From Actinomycetota bacterium (GTDB lineage Bacteria; Actinomycetota; Actinomycetes; Nanopelagicales; Nanopelagicaceae), in NCBI GenBank assembly GCA_947503395.1, contig CANNDP010000001.1, positions 1 through 29,124 of the forward strand: a stretch of 29,124 nt of DNA. The letters run 5' to 3'. How positions within the stretch are numbered: the first letter of the stretch is position 1; each line of letters opens with the position of its first letter. This document shows positions 7,167 to 17,521 of the stretch, piece after piece. The translations under genes and the position numbers were made by a program. The notes beneath the pieces are model-generated. The model was not told the DNA's origin and searched no databases. It worked only from the letters and a program-made list of their open reading frames with translations.

Positions 7167-7171
7167 GTAAT

Positions 7172-9271
7172 ATGGCAGAGATAACAACTCCCCCAGATGA
7201 AGTAGTAACAAACGCTCTAATCCGCCAAGTTGATCTAGCGGCATTTGGCGCATCTGGCTCTCTTGCCTTAATAACCCTCGATAATGGCCACGATCACACC
7301 CGGCCAAATACCTTTGGAATTCAATCTCTAAACGCACTAAATGATGCAATTACCGCAGCTGAAAGTAGCGATTCGGTAGCGATAGCAATTATTGGAAAAC
7401 CTTTTATCTTTGCAGCTGGAGCAGATCTATCTGGCATCTCATATGTTGCCAAGCGAGAGCAATCACTAGCTTTTGGAAAATTGGGACATGACATCTTTAA
7501 AAGACTCGGCAGAAGCAAGAAGGTTACCTTTGCCTTTATCAATGGACTTGCTCTAGGTGGCGGCCTTGAAGTAGGCCTACATTGCAATTATCGAACCATG
7601 GCTACAACTGCCTTTACTGCGCTCCCCGAGTGCTTCCTTGGATTAGTGCCTGGTTGGGGCGGAGCGACACTGCTTCCTAAGTTAATTGGACCAGAGAGAG
7701 CTGTACAGGTAATTATTTTAAATGCTTTAAATAACAATACGATGATGAAGGCTAAAGATGCCCAGGGCCTTGGAGTTGTTGATGCAGTTTTTGAGCCTGC
7801 TGACTTTCTAGAAAAATCAATTGCCTTTGCTGCCAGAATTGTTTCAGGAAAAGAGAAGATAGAGCGGAAAGATTATTCAATAGATCCCAATTGGGATAAG
7901 GCTTTAGAAACGGGCAAAGCTGCAATTGCCAAAAAATATGGCGGAGCAGATATTGAAGCCCCAAGAAGGGCCTTAGAACTCATCTCCGCGGCAAGAAGCA
8001 ACACCCTGGATCAAGGATTTGACGCTGAAGATGAGATCTTGGCAAACCTAGTTATGGGCAATCCTTTAAGGGCCTCGCTATATGCATTTAATCTAATTCA
8101 AAAGAAGCGTAAGAAAGTTGAAGGAGCTCCAAAAGCTGCTCTTGCTAGAAAGGTGACAAAAGCTGGAGTTGTTGGAGCAGGCTTGATGGCATCTCAATTA
8201 GCACTTCTAATAATTAGAAATCTAAAAGTTCCAGTAGTTATGACTGATCTTGACCAAGAGCGCGTTGATAAAGGTGTTGCTTGGGTTAGAAATGAAATTA
8301 CTAAGCTAGTTGAGAAAAAGCGCTTAAGCCCAGAGGCCGCAGCTAGATTATCGTCTCTAATCTCAGGATCTGTGAGCCAATCTGCTTTCGCTGGTTGTGA
8401 CTTCATAATTGAAGCAGTATTTGAAGAGCTCTCAATAAAGCAGAAGTTGTTTAAGGATCTGGAGGCAATAGTCTCTGCTGAGTGCGTTCTAGCTACCAAT
8501 ACTTCATCCCTTTCGGTTGAAAAAATGGGCGAAGGTCTGAAAAACCCAGAGCGCGTTGTTGGATTCCACTTCTTTAATCCAGTAGCTGTTATGCCGCTTT
8601 TGGAGGTAGCAAGAACTTCAAAAACTGATGATGCCACTACCGCTACTGCAATTAACGTAGGTAAAGAGCTAAAGAAAACAATGATTATCTGTAAAGATGC
8701 TCCAGGTTTTGTGGTTAATCGCCTGCTAACAAGATTTATGGGCGAAGTAACAGATGCTGTTGATGAAGGAACTCCGACAGATGTAGCCGATAACGCTCTG
8801 CGTCCTCTTGGATTTCCAATGTCGCCATTTGAACTATTTGGCTTAGTGGGCCCAGGAGTTGCCCTTCATGTCTCAAAGACTTTAAATGCCAACCTAGGTC
8901 CGCGCTATCGCATCTCACCAACTGTTTCTCGAATGGTGGAGAAGGGCGTTAAAACTTTCTATGTCAAAGATGAGAAAGGCGCACTTAGCGCTAATCCCGA
9001 AGCCCTTGCTCTGATTGAAAAGGGAGATAAGCCATCAACTGCAGAGCAAGTTCGCACCAGAGCTCTATCAGCCCTTGCTCAAGAGGCAAGAATGATGCTG
9101 GATGAAGGCGTTGTTGCCACCGCATCAGAAATTGATCTCTGTATGTTGCTCGGGGCGGGATGGCCAATGCATTTAGGCGGAATATTGCCTTATCTTGATA
9201 GAGAAGGAATTAGTGAAGCGGTTTGCGGTCAGCGTTTTCATCCGCCGCAAGTTGCATCCCTTCCTGCTTAA
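7172..9271 (+). CDS. fadB: Fatty-acid beta-oxidation multifunctional enzyme (enoyl-CoA hydratase + 3-hydroxyacyl-CoA dehydrogenase)
   Basis: FAAGADL, ALGGGLE, LPECFLGLVPGWGG (crotonase); GVVGAGLMAS, EAVFEE, LATNTSSL, GFHFFNP, PGFVVNR (dehydrogenase). Start at ATG 7172 just after the fadA stop, not 7100. Confidence 0.93.
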   Translation: MAEITTPPDEVVTNALIRQVDLAAFGASGSLALITLDNGHDHTRPNTFGIQSLNALNDAITAAESSDSVAIAIIGKPFIFAAGADLSGISYVAKREQSLAFGKLGHDIFKRLGRSKKVTFAFINGLALGGGLEVGLHCNYRTMATTAFTALPECFLGLVPGWGGATLLPKLIGPERAVQVIILNALNNNTMMKAKDAQGLGVVDAVFEPADFLEKSIAFAARIVSGKEKIERKDYSIDPNWDKALETGKAAIAKKYGGADIEAPRRALELISAARSNTLDQGFDAEDEILANLVMGNPLRASLYAFNLIQKKRKKVEGAPKAALARKVTKAGVVGAGLMASQLALLIIRNLKVPVVMTDLDQERVDKGVAWVRNEITKLVEKKRLSPEAAARLSSLISGSVSQSAFAGCDFIIEAVFEELSIKQKLFKDLEAIVSAECVLATNTSSLSVEKMGEGLKNPERVVGFHFFNPVAVMPLLEVARTSKTDDATTATAINVGKELKKTMIICKDAPGFVVNRLLTRFMGEVTDAVDEGTPTDVADNALRPLGFPMSPFELFGLVGPGVALHVSKTLNANLGPRYRISPTVSRMVEKGVKTFYVKDEKGALSANPEALALIEKGDKPSTAEQVRTRALSALAQEARMMLDEGVVATASEIDLCMLLGAGWPMHLGGILPYLDREGISEAVCGQRFHPPQVASLPA

Positions 9272-11144
9272 CATTTAAAGAAGCCCAGCCAACTAATTGA
9301 CGGCTAATGCTCTGTGAAGTGATTCCAATATCTTGCAGAATTTCGGCGCGCTTTGAGTGTTGAATAAATTCCAAAGGCACTCCAATTGAATGAATGGGCA
9401 GATCTAGACCATTTTCACGAAATAGCTCAGATAAAGTGCTAGCAATTCCACCGTGTTTAATTCCATCTTCTAGCACCACTACTCGTTTAAATCTTGGAGC
9501 CATGGCAAGAAGTGAATCTGCAGGAAGAGGCTTAACCCAGAGTGGATCGATGACAGTTACTCCAACACCTTCACGAAACGCTTGAGCTGCCGCATCAATT
9601 GCAAGAGGTGCCATAGCGCCAATGCTCACAAGGAGAATATCTGAGCTCTCACCGCGATAGAGAACATCTAGCCCGCCACGTCTTTCAAATGCTGGCAAAT
9701 CTTTTCCAATTGCTCCCTTTGGAAAGCGAATAATTGAAGGGGCATCAGAGATTGCAACAGCCTCTGCTAGCGATTCTTTTAATCTTGCGCCATCACGGGG
9801 CGCTGCAACAAATGCATTAGGAATTATTCCAGTAAGTGCTAGATCCCAGATTCCGTGATGCGATGGCCCATCATCGCCAGTTATTCCTGCTCTATCTAAA
9901 ACAAAAGTGACTCCAGCTTTATGTAATCCCACATCTAATAGCAATTGATCAAATGCGCGGTTCAAAAATGTTGAATAGACCGCAACTACTGGATGAAGGC
10001 CGGTGTAGGCCATACCAGCAGCTGAGGTGACAGCGTGCTGTTCAGCGATCCCCACATCAAAAGTTCGCTCTGGAAATTCAGCTTGGAATCTATCAAGCCC
10101 CGTTGGGCCAAGCATGGCAGCAGTAATTGCCACAACATCTTTTCGCTCTCGCCCTATCTCAACTAGCGCCTCAGAGAATACTTTCGTCCAGGTGGCGCCA
10201 TTATTTGATAGCGGCTCCCCTGTTTCAGGATCAACGACCCCAACTGCATGAAACTTCTCTGCCTCATCATTGAGCGCTGGAGCATGTCCCCGTCCCTTTT
10301 CAGTGATGGCATGGACTAATACCGGCCCTGAGAATTTCTTTGCCTGAAGGAGAGCACGCTCAAGTGCCGGAATATCATGACCATCAACTGGTCCCAAATA
10401 CTTAAGTCCTAAATCTTCGAACATTCCTTGCGGAGCAACAATATCCTTAATACCTTTTTTCATTCCGTGGAGAGTTTCATAGATTGGATTTCCGACAACC
10501 GGAGTCTTTTCTAATACTTGCTTTCCCCAATCAAGGAATTTTTCATAGCCCTTTGTAGCGCGAAGCGTTGAGAGATAGGTAGCTACTCCACCAATAGTTG
10601 GTGAGTAAGAGCGTTCATTGTCGTTAACCACGATCACAAGTTTTAGATCATCTGAGGCAGCAATATTATTTAGCGCCTCCCAAGACATTCCGCCTGTTAG
10701 AGCTCCATCTCCGACTACTGCTACAACGGTTCTATCGCTCTGATTCTGCAGAGCAAAGCCACGAGCTATTCCATCAGCCCATGAGAGAGCGGTTGAAGCA
10801 TGTGAGTTCTCTATAACATCATGTTCACTCTCTGCCCTACTTGGATATCCTGCAAGTCCTCCGCGCTGACGAAGCTTTTCAAACCCTGCAGCTCTTCCAG
10901 TTAGTATCTTATGGACATAACTTTGATGGCCTGTGTCATAAACCATTACATCTTGGGGAGATTCAAATACGCGATGAAGCGCAATACTCAACTCCACGAT
11001 TCCAAGATTTGGCCCTAGATGTCCGCCTGACTTTGAAACTTTCTCGATTAAAAAAGCTCTAATCTCTGCCGCCAACTCTGTTAGCTCATCTTGGCTAAAG
11101 CGCGCCAAGTCGCCAGGAGATTTAATCCGGCTAAGGTGTTTCAT
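9210..11144 (-). CDS. dxs: 1-deoxy-D-xylulose-5-phosphate synthase
   Basis: GGHLGPNLG, DTGHQSYVHK, GDGALTGGMSWEALN, YLGPVDGHD, DVGIAEQHA, DRAGITGDDGPSHHG. Confidence 0.97.
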   Translation of the reverse strand: MKHLSRIKSPGDLARFSQDELTELAAEIRAFLIEKVSKSGGHLGPNLGIVELSIALHRVFESPQDVMVYDTGHQSYVHKILTGRAAGFEKLRQRGGLAGYPSRAESEHDVIENSHASTALSWADGIARGFALQNQSDRTVVAVVGDGALTGGMSWEALNNIAASDDLKLVIVVNDNERSYSPTIGGVATYLSTLRATKGYEKFLDWGKQVLEKTPVVGNPIYETLHGMKKGIKDIVAPQGMFEDLGLKYLGPVDGHDIPALERALLQAKKFSGPVLVHAITEKGRGHAPALNDEAEKFHAVGVVDPETGEPLSNNGATWTKVFSEALVEIGRERKDVVAITAAMLGPTGLDRFQAEFPERTFDVGIAEQHAVTSAAGMAYTGLHPVVAVYSTFLNRAFDQLLLDVGLHKAGVTFVLDRAGITGDDGPSHHGIWDLALTGIIPNAFVAAPRDGARLKESLAEAVAISDAPSIIRFPKGAIGKDLPAFERRGGLDVLYRGESSDILLVSIGAMAPLAIDAAAQAFREGVGVTVIDPLWVKPLPADSLLAMAPRFKRVVVLEDGIKHGGIASTLSELFRENGLDLPIHSIGVPLEFIQHSKRAEILQDIGITSQSISRQLVGWASLNVKQEGMQLAADENADRKPLH

Positions 11145-11150
11145 GTCTGG

Positions 11151-11156
11151 ATTCTA
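11151..11156 (-). promoter_or_regulatory. -10 hexamer TAGAAT, 6 nt before dxs ATG (internal leaderless promoter in the 20-bp acnA-dxs gap)
   Basis: Minus strand reads TAGAAT-CCAGAC-ATG. Confidence 0.6.
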
Positions 11157-11164
11157 TCGGTGAA

Positions 11165-13822
11165 CTAAGAAAGTAGAGAGCGCAAGACGTACTGCATGAT
11201 TCCACCGTGGCGATAGTAATCAGCCTCACCTGGGGTATCGATACGTACCTTTGCCTCAAAGCTCTTATCTCCAGCCGTCACCTTAACAATGCTTGGAATG
11301 CGACCTTCGTTTAACGCAGTAACACCAGATATTGAAAATACTTCTTCGCCGCTAAGCCCTAATGAATTGGCATCTTGACCATCGAGAAATTGCAGAGGAA
11401 GAACTCCCATTCCAATCAAATTAGAGCGGTGAATTCTTTCAAATGATTCAGCGATGACTGCCTTTACTCCAAGAAGCGCGGTTCCTTTTGCAGCCCAATC
11501 TCTAGAAGATCCGGAGCCATATTCTTTTCCTGCCAGAATTACTAAAGCAATGTTGGCATCTTGGTATGCCATTGATGCATCATAGATAGTGCTCTGCTTA
11601 CCACCATCAATAAAGTTTCTAGTAAAGCCACCTTCAACTCCGTCAAGCAAAAGATTCTTCAAGCGAATGTTTGCAAACGTTCCTCTAATCATGACTTCAT
11701 GATTGCCACGGCGCGAACCATAGGAATTAAAGTCAGATTTTTCTACCCCATTTTCTGCTAGATATTTTCCAGCTGGAGAATCAACCTTAATCGAACCTGC
11801 TGGTGATATGTGATCAGTAGTTACTGAATCACCAAGCTTTGCCAAAACTCTTGCACCTGAAATATCAGTAACTGGAAGAGGATTTCTGGGCATAGATTCA
11901 AAGTAAGGAGGTTTTCTGACATAGGTAGATTTTGGATCCCAGTCAAAAGTCTTTCCTTCAGGGGTTGCAAGTGAGGTCCAGTTTTGATCTCCAGCAAATA
12001 CACTTGAATAATCTTTCTTAAACATATCTGAGGTAACCACTGAATCAATTACGCCTTGGATCTCTTGCATACTTGGCCAGATGTCTTTCAGGAACACATC
12101 ATTTCCCGAGCTATCTTGGCCTAGTGGATCTTTATCAAAGTCATGATCCATACTTCCAGCAATTGAATAGGCTACAACTAGCGGAGGCGATGCTAAGTAG
12201 TTCATTTTCACATCAGGGCTAATTCGACCTTCAAAGTTTCTATTTCCAGAAAGCACCGCTGCAACCGAGAGATCATTGTCATTTACTGCTTTGCTAACCT
12301 CTAGAGGCAATGGACCAGAGTTTCCAATGCAGGTAACGCATCCATAGCCAACTAGGTTAAATCCGAGTTTTTCTAGATACGGAGTTAGCCCTGATTTTTC
12401 ATAGTAGTTAGTGACTACCTTTGAACCTGGCGCAAGTGTGGTCTTAACCCAAGGCTTACTCATCAAACCTTTTTCTACAGCTTTCTTTGCTAGTAGTCCT
12501 GCCCCAATCATCACAGAAGGATTTGAGGTATTAGTGCAAGAAGTGATTGAAGCTATTACCACTGAGCCATTGGTAATAGATCCTTTTCTTGAATTTACTT
12601 CAATTGCTATTGGATTAGTAGCAGTATTGCTAGAAAGATAAGAAGGGAGAACTTTGGCAAAGGAACTCTTGGCATCACTTAGGGAGACTCGATCTTGTGG
12701 TCTCTTGGGTCCTGCTATTGATGGAACGACACTTGAAAGATCTAGCTCTAATCGCTCTGAGTATCTTGGCTCTGCAGATGGGTCATGCCATAGTCCTTGA
12801 GCCTTGGCATATTTCTCCACTAGCTCTAATTGTTCTCCGCTTCTTCCGGTTAACTCTAGATACTTAATAGTCTCCTGGTCTATTGGGAAAATTGCCACAG
12901 TTGAGCCGTATTCAGGTGACATATTTCCAATTGTGGCGCGATTAGCCATCGGAAGTGCGCTCACTCCAGGGCCATAAAATTCAACAAACTTGCCGACTAC
13001 GCCATGCTTTCTCAGCATCTCAGTAATTGTTAAAACTAAATCAGTTGCAGTTGTTCCAACTGGTAACGCTCCACTTAACTTAAACCCTAGAACCCTAGGA
13101 ATAAGCATAGAAACTGGCTGACCAAGAAGGGCTGCCTCTGCTTCAATGCCGCCCACTCCCCAACCAAGAACTCCAAGGCCATTGACCATAGTGGTGTGTG
13201 AATCAGTTCCAACCACAGTATCTGGATATGCCCGCTGCACACCGTTTACTGCTCTGACCATTACTACTCTTGCGAGGTATTCAATGTTTACTTGATGAAC
13301 AATGCCAGTGCCGGGCGGAACTACTTTAAATTCATCAAAGGCGCTCTGGCCCCAACGAAGGAAGCGATATCGCTCTTGATTTCTCTCATATTCAATATCA
13401 ACATTTTCTTTGAAAGAGCTTGCCGTTCCATATTTGTCAGCAATAACTGAGTGATCGATAACTAGTTCAGCAGGGGCTAAGGGATTAACACGCGATGGAT
13501 CTCCACCAAGTTCTGCAATTGCCTCTCTCATAGTGGCAAGATCGACAACACAAGGAACTCCAGTGAAATCTTGCATAATCACACGCGCCGGTGTGAATTG
13601 AATTTCAGTGTCGGGAATGGATTCAGGATTCCAGGAAGCAAGAGCTTCAATCTGCTTGGCTGTGATATTTGCGCCATCTTCAGTGCGAAGGAGATTTTCT
13701 AGTAATACTTTTAAGGAAAAGGGAAGAGAATTTGCTTGAGATAGTTTGGTGATATCAAATATTTCATAACTCTTGCCTGAGACTTCAAGCGAGCTCTTTG
13801 CGCCGAAGGAGTTCTTGCTCAT
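11165..13822 (-). CDS. acnA: Aconitate hydratase A
   Basis: [19 protein letters not shown]-like [60 protein letters not shown]. Confidence 0.97.
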   Translation of the reverse strand: MSKNSFGAKSSLEVSGKSYEIFDITKLSQANSLPFSLKVLLENLLRTEDGANITAKQIEALASWNPESIPDTEIQFTPARVIMQDFTGVPCVVDLATMREAIAELGGDPSRVNPLAPAELVIDHSVIADKYGTASSFKENVDIEYERNQERYRFLRWGQSAFDEFKVVPPGTGIVHQVNIEYLARVVMVRAVNGVQRAYPDTVVGTDSHTTMVNGLGVLGWGVGGIEAEAALLGQPVSMLIPRVLGFKLSGALPVGTTATDLVLTITEMLRKHGVVGKFVEFYGPGVSALPMANRATIGNMSPEYGSTVAIFPIDQETIKYLELTGRSGEQLELVEKYAKAQGLWHDPSAEPRYSERLELDLSSVVPSIAGPKRPQDRVSLSDAKSSFAKVLPSYLSSNTATNPIAIEVNSRKGSITNGSVVIASITSCTNTSNPSVMIGAGLLAKKAVEKGLMSKPWVKTTLAPGSKVVTNYYEKSGLTPYLEKLGFNLVGYGCVTCIGNSGPLPLEVSKAVNDNDLSVAAVLSGNRNFEGRISPDVKMNYLASPPLVVAYSIAGSMDHDFDKDPLGQDSSGNDVFLKDIWPSMQEIQGVIDSVVTSDMFKKDYSSVFAGDQNWTSLATPEGKTFDWDPKSTYVRKPPYFESMPRNPLPVTDISGARVLAKLGDSVTTDHISPAGSIKVDSPAGKYLAENGVEKSDFNSYGSRRGNHEVMIRGTFANIRLKNLLLDGVEGGFTRNFIDGGKQSTIYDASMAYQDANIALVILAGKEYGSGSSRDWAAKGTALLGVKAVIAESFERIHRSNLIGMGVLPLQFLDGQDANSLGLSGEEVFSISGVTALNEGRIPSIVKVTAGDKSFEAKVRIDTPGEADYYRHGGIMQYVLRSLLS

Positions 13823-13828
13823 GAGCCC

Positions 13829-13834
13829 ATCTTA
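13829..13834 (-). promoter_or_regulatory. -10 hexamer TAAGAT, 6 nt before acnA ATG (leaderless-type)
   Basis: Minus strand reads TAAGAT-GGGCTC-ATG. Confidence 0.55.
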
Positions 13835-13880
13835 ACTGTTGTCGCATAAAGTGCTCAAAAACGAATTACTAGAGTATTAC

Positions 13881-15035
13881 TCAAGAAATAATGAAACGCG
13901 CCACAAGCTCCATATGAGCAGTCATTGGAAAGAGGTCAAAGGCCCTGATTTGATCCAACTTGTATCCCTGCGCTGAAAGATAGGCGCTATCTCGGGCTAG
14001 TGAGGCTGGATCGCAGGCAACATAGACAATCGTTCTGGGAGCAAGTGAGGTAATAGTTGAAATGACTCTTTCTCCAGCTCCAGCGCGAGGAGGATCAAGG
14101 AGAACTACATTTGCTGCACGATATTTCTTCAAGCTTGCTTCAACTTTTGCTTCAACTATTTCGACTCTTGGCTCTAGGGCAAAGTTTCGTCTGGCATCAA
14201 TAATCGCATTCTCATCGGATTCAATTAAAGTGACTCTTCCTGCAACTCCGAGATCGGATAAAAGGGCTGCGCTAAATAGCCCAGCTCCGCCGTAGAGATC
14301 AAAGATGTGATCTGCAGGCTTTGCTTGAACATAATCTTTAACTACTTGGCTCAAAACAGTCGGCGCCATGCGATGGCTCTGCCAGAAGGTAATTGGATTT
14401 AGTGAGAATTCAATGCCATCTACCTGCTCCTGGATAAGTTCTAAGTTCTCTCGACCCTCTATCACTACCGCGCTCTTGCCCTTGCTAGTTATTGCAACAT
14501 CTACCCGCTTTGATTTGGGCAACTTCATCTGATTGATTTTTTCGATATCAATATCCTCATGAGCGATTAAACATTTATCAATTTCAACTATTTGATTTGA
14601 GCGCGAGGCATAGAGACCAACCTTGCCATTTTCAGATACAGAGAATTCCATTCTGCTGCGCCAATGTAAATTCGGTTTAACTTCTTCAACCTCTACATCG
14701 ATCTCCATTTTAGCAAGACGGCTAAATTGCTCTTTGACAATTTCGCTCTTTAATTCTCGCTGATAACTAGGATCGATGTGTTGAAAGTCGCATCCCCCGC
14801 ATCCATCAAATCGAGCGAATGAACACGGCGGAGTCACCCGATACTTAGAAGCTTTAATTACTGAGATGCAGTTTCCCCTAGCAAAGCTTTTTGTCACATC
14901 GCTAATCTCAACAATCACGCGCTCTCCAGGGATTGCATGTCTTACAAAAATAACTCTTCCGTCGTAGCGCGCTATGCAGTGGCCGCCGTGCGCAATAGCT
15001 GTGATATCGACTTCTAATTGATCACCGCTTTGCAC
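13881..15035 (-). CDS. TRAM-domain class I SAM-dependent RNA m5U methyltransferase (RlmD/TrmA family)
   Basis: N-terminal TRAM (IAHGGHCIAR..FVRHAIPGE), PCx7CGGC iron-sulfur cluster motif, FWQ, DLYGGAG, DPPRAG, YVACDP (catalytic Cys), HME. Confidence 0.92.
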   Translation of the reverse strand: MQSGDQLEVDITAIAHGGHCIARYDGRVIFVRHAIPGERVIVEISDVTKSFARGNCISVIKASKYRVTPPCSFARFDGCGGCDFQHIDPSYQRELKSEIVKEQFSRLAKMEIDVEVEEVKPNLHWRSRMEFSVSENGKVGLYASRSNQIVEIDKCLIAHEDIDIEKINQMKLPKSKRVDVAITSKGKSAVVIEGRENLELIQEQVDGIEFSLNPITFWQSHRMAPTVLSQVVKDYVQAKPADHIFDLYGGAGLFSAALLSDLGVAGRVTLIESDENAIIDARRNFALEPRVEIVEAKVEASLKKYRAANVVLLDPPRAGAGERVISTITSLAPRTIVYVACDPASLARDSAYLSAQGYKLDQIRAFDLFPMTAHMELVARFIIS

Positions 15036-15122
15036 TCGCGCACCTTTCTAGAAAAGTTCATTGAAGCACTTATTTCTAGTGCTATCCCTCGCGTGGATTA
15101 GAGGGAATCTAGCCTAAAGGTG

Positions 15123-15128
15123 TAAATT
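15123..15128 (+). promoter_or_regulatory. Possible -10 TAAATT, 8 nt before GTG 15137
   Basis: TAAATT-CTCCTTTT-GTG; no SD; the spacing is at the long end. Confidence 0.4.
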
Positions 15129-15136
15129 CTCCTTTT

Positions 15137-15799
15137 GTGCATGTCGTAATCATGGGTTGCGGCCGAGTCGGTTCTACCCTGGCAAAAGATTTTCAGGCTC
15201 TAGGCCATAGCGTTGCCGTAATCGATCAAGATCGTGAAGCATTTCGTCGTCTTGGCGCAGATTTCAATGGGCTAACTGTGGCTGGCATGGGCTTTGATCG
15301 CGACACTCTTTTAGAAGCAGGAATTCAAAGGGCTGATGCATTTGCCGCAGTTTCAAATGGTGATAATTCAAATATTTTGGCAGCAAGAGTTGCAAGAGAA
15401 ACCTATGGAGTAGCAAGCGTTGTAGCTCGAATTTACGATCCAGGCAGAGCTGAGATTTATCAAAGGCTAGGAATTCCTACTGTTGCCACAGTTCTTTGGA
15501 CTACAGATCAAATTATGAGAAGGCTTCTGCCTCAAGGATCTCGCTCTGAGTGGCAAGATGCATCTGGAAAAGTGCAACTAGCTGAGATTGCTTTGCATCG
15601 AGATTGGTATGGAAGACCTGTTTCCTTAATAGAACAACATACCGATGCTCGCGTTGCATTTGTTACAAGGCTTGGTGAAGGCTTGATACCCAATGAACAT
15701 ACGGTCTTGCAAGAAGGCGATGTAATCCATGTAATGGTAGAAGATAAGAATTTAGCCGCAACAGAGGCATCCCTTGCTCTTCCACCGAGTGGTGAGTGA
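15137..15799 (+). CDS. trkA: TrkA/KtrA-family RCK regulatory subunit (CeoB-like)
   Basis: VVIMGCGRVG Rossmann fold, AVSNGDNSNI, VVARIYDP, C-terminal TrkA-C domain. Confidence 0.93.
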   Translation: MHVVIMGCGRVGSTLAKDFQALGHSVAVIDQDREAFRRLGADFNGLTVAGMGFDRDTLLEAGIQRADAFAAVSNGDNSNILAARVARETYGVASVVARIYDPGRAEIYQRLGIPTVATVLWTTDQIMRRLLPQGSRSEWQDASGKVQLAEIALHRDWYGRPVSLIEQHTDARVAFVTRLGEGLIPNEHTVLQEGDVIHVMVEDKNLAATEASLALPPSGE

Positions 15800-15801
15800 A
15801 G

Positions 15802-16461
15802 ATGAGAATTGCTATCGCAGGAGCTGGAAATGCAGGACGAGCCATTGCAAGAGAGCTAATTGAAAATGGCCATCAGGTCTTACTTATCGATAAGAATCCA
15901 AAGTCTCTTAAGATGGAGAGCGTTCCATCTGCTGAATGGCTCCTGGCGGATGCCTGTGAAATCAGTTCACTTGATAAAGCCAAGCTTGATACCTGCCAAG
16001 TAATGGTTGCAGCCACCGGTGATGACAAGGTGAATCTTGTGTCATCACTACTTGCCAAGACTGAGTATGGAGTCCCAAGAGTGGTGGCACGAGTAAATCA
16101 TCCAAAAAATGAGTGGCTTTTTGATTCCTCCTGGGGCGTTGATGTCGCTGTTTCTACGCCAAGAATTATTGCTGCCCTAGTTGAGGAAGCTGTATCGGTT
16201 GGAGATATCGTCAGACTCTTCTCGCTTAAAGCTGGAGAGGCTAATTTAGTTGAGTTAACTCTTCCTGATACCTCAACTTGCATTGGAAAATCTGTTGAAG
16301 AGATCTCACTTCCCCAAGATGCATCCCTTGCAGCAATTATCAGAGATGGCCATGTCATAACGCCAGCAGATCATGATGTTTTTGCAGCTGGTGATGAACT
16401 AATTTTTGTAACCACTGCTGAGGCAGAAGTTTCACTAAAGGCTTGCTTTATAAAGGATTAG
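15802..16461 (+). CDS. trkA: TrkA/KtrA-family RCK regulatory subunit (CeoC-like)
   Basis: MRIAIAGAGNAG, AATGDDKVNL, RVNHPKNEWLF, TrkA-C domain. ATG 15802 is preferred over GTG 15796. Confidence 0.92.
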   Translation: MRIAIAGAGNAGRAIARELIENGHQVLLIDKNPKSLKMESVPSAEWLLADACEISSLDKAKLDTCQVMVAATGDDKVNLVSSLLAKTEYGVPRVVARVNHPKNEWLFDSSWGVDVAVSTPRIIAALVEEAVSVGDIVRLFSLKAGEANLVELTLPDTSTCIGKSVEEISLPQDASLAAIIRDGHVITPADHDVFAAGDELIFVTTAEAEVSLKACFIKD

Positions 16462-17090
16462 CTCGCTTTATCAATTCTTAAGTCATCTCTTAGCTTTGGA
16501 CCACTCTTAATTACTATCCAAGTTGCCCAGGCGGTAGCAATAAATAACGGATAGCCCATAACCAACCTGGCTGTTCCAAGTAAATTAACATTGCCACTGA
16601 CATATAGCGGGTATTGCACAACAAGGCGGATTGCAAACATTCCTACCCAAAGCCAGGTTGCCTTTATATAGACCTTTGTTCGCGCAGGATCTTTACGCCA
16701 TCTAAAGTTTTCTTCCAGAAGTGGACCAATAATGAGTCCAATAACTGGCCAGCGCAGAAGTATTGAGACTAAATAAGCAGATCCATAGATTGCATTGGTC
16801 CAAAGTCCTGGCAGATAGAAGTCTTCTGCTTTTCCAGTTCGCAAGGAGAGCCAAGCACATATTCCAACTCCAATCACCCCTGAAACTGCATGCTGAATGG
16901 TTTCGCGCTTTACCAATCTAACCAGCGCTAGAAGAAGCGAAAGAGCTAGGGCTGCGTAGGCTGAATCTCTAACATCCTTTGTAATATTAAATGCGATAAG
17001 AAATAGCAGAGCAGGAAGCCCAGAATCTATTAGACCTTTTACTCCCCCTATGGCAGAGAGGATTTTTGCTTTATCTTCGCTCTCACTCAT
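16458..17090 (-). CDS. DUF3159 membrane protein
   Basis: GGVKGLIDSGLP, AEDFYLPG, RWPVIGLIIG, GTARLVMGYPLF. Confidence 0.88.
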   Translation of the reverse strand: MSESEDKAKILSAIGGVKGLIDSGLPALLFLIAFNITKDVRDSAYAALALSLLLALVRLVKRETIQHAVSGVIGVGICAWLSLRTGKAEDFYLPGLWTNAIYGSAYLVSILLRWPVIGLIIGPLLEENFRWRKDPARTKVYIKATWLWVGMFAIRLVVQYPLYVSGNVNLLGTARLVMGYPLFIATAWATWIVIKSGPKLRDDLRIDKAS

Positions 17091-17521
17091 GAGCGCCCAC
17101 TTGAACCAAAGCCAGCGTCACTTCGACTAGAGCCAGGAAGTTCTTCTACTGCAACAAATTCAGCGCGTTCAACTCTTTGAAAAACTAATTGCGCAATGCG
17201 ATCGCCACGCTTTATCTCAAAACTCTCGCTCTGATCATGATTTATGACTATTACACAAATCTCTCCACGATAACCCGCATCTATTGTTCCTGGGGCATTG
17301 ACAAGCCCAACGCCATATTTAATGGCAAGTCCAGAGCGGGGATGAACAAAGGCGGCGTATCCTTCACTTAGCGCAATGGCAATACCAGTTGGCACAAGAG
17401 CTCTCATGCCAGGCTCAATAGTGATATCTATAGTTGAATAAATATCAGCTCCAGCATCACCAGGTTTTGCATAGGAGGGCATTGGAAGGCCTTTATCTAA
17501 TTGAGTTATTAGTACTTTCAT
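17087..17521 (-). CDS. dut: dUTP diphosphatase
   Basis: GDAGAD, PRSGLA, GTIDAGYRGEI, RIAQL, RSDAGFGSSG: all five dUTPase motifs. Confidence 0.97.
   Translation of the reverse strand: MKVLITQLDKGLPMPSYAKPGDAGADIYSTIDITIEPGMRALVPTGIAIALSEGYAAFVHPRSGLAIKYGVGLVNAPGTIDAGYRGEICVIVINHDQSESFEIKRGDRIAQLVFQRVERAEFVAVEELPGSSRSDAGFGSSGRS

Noticed and set aside
7100-7171. 24-codon N-terminal extension of fadB given by the ORF track
   Set aside because: Overlaps the fadA 3' end in another frame; ATG 7172 just after the fadA stop is the plausible start.
8194-8637. 147-aa antisense ORF in fadB (also other 60-130 aa shadows in fadA, dxs, acnA, trkA, amt, ftsY and smc)
   Set aside because: Fully nested opposite well-conserved genes; the sequences look like mirror-frame products of the sense codon usage; no recognisable domain.
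16595-16602. Second TGTCAGTG on the minus strand
   Set aside because: It lies inside the DUF3159 coding sequence, and the nearest TANNNT is 7 rather than 8 nt away, with no start codon in position.
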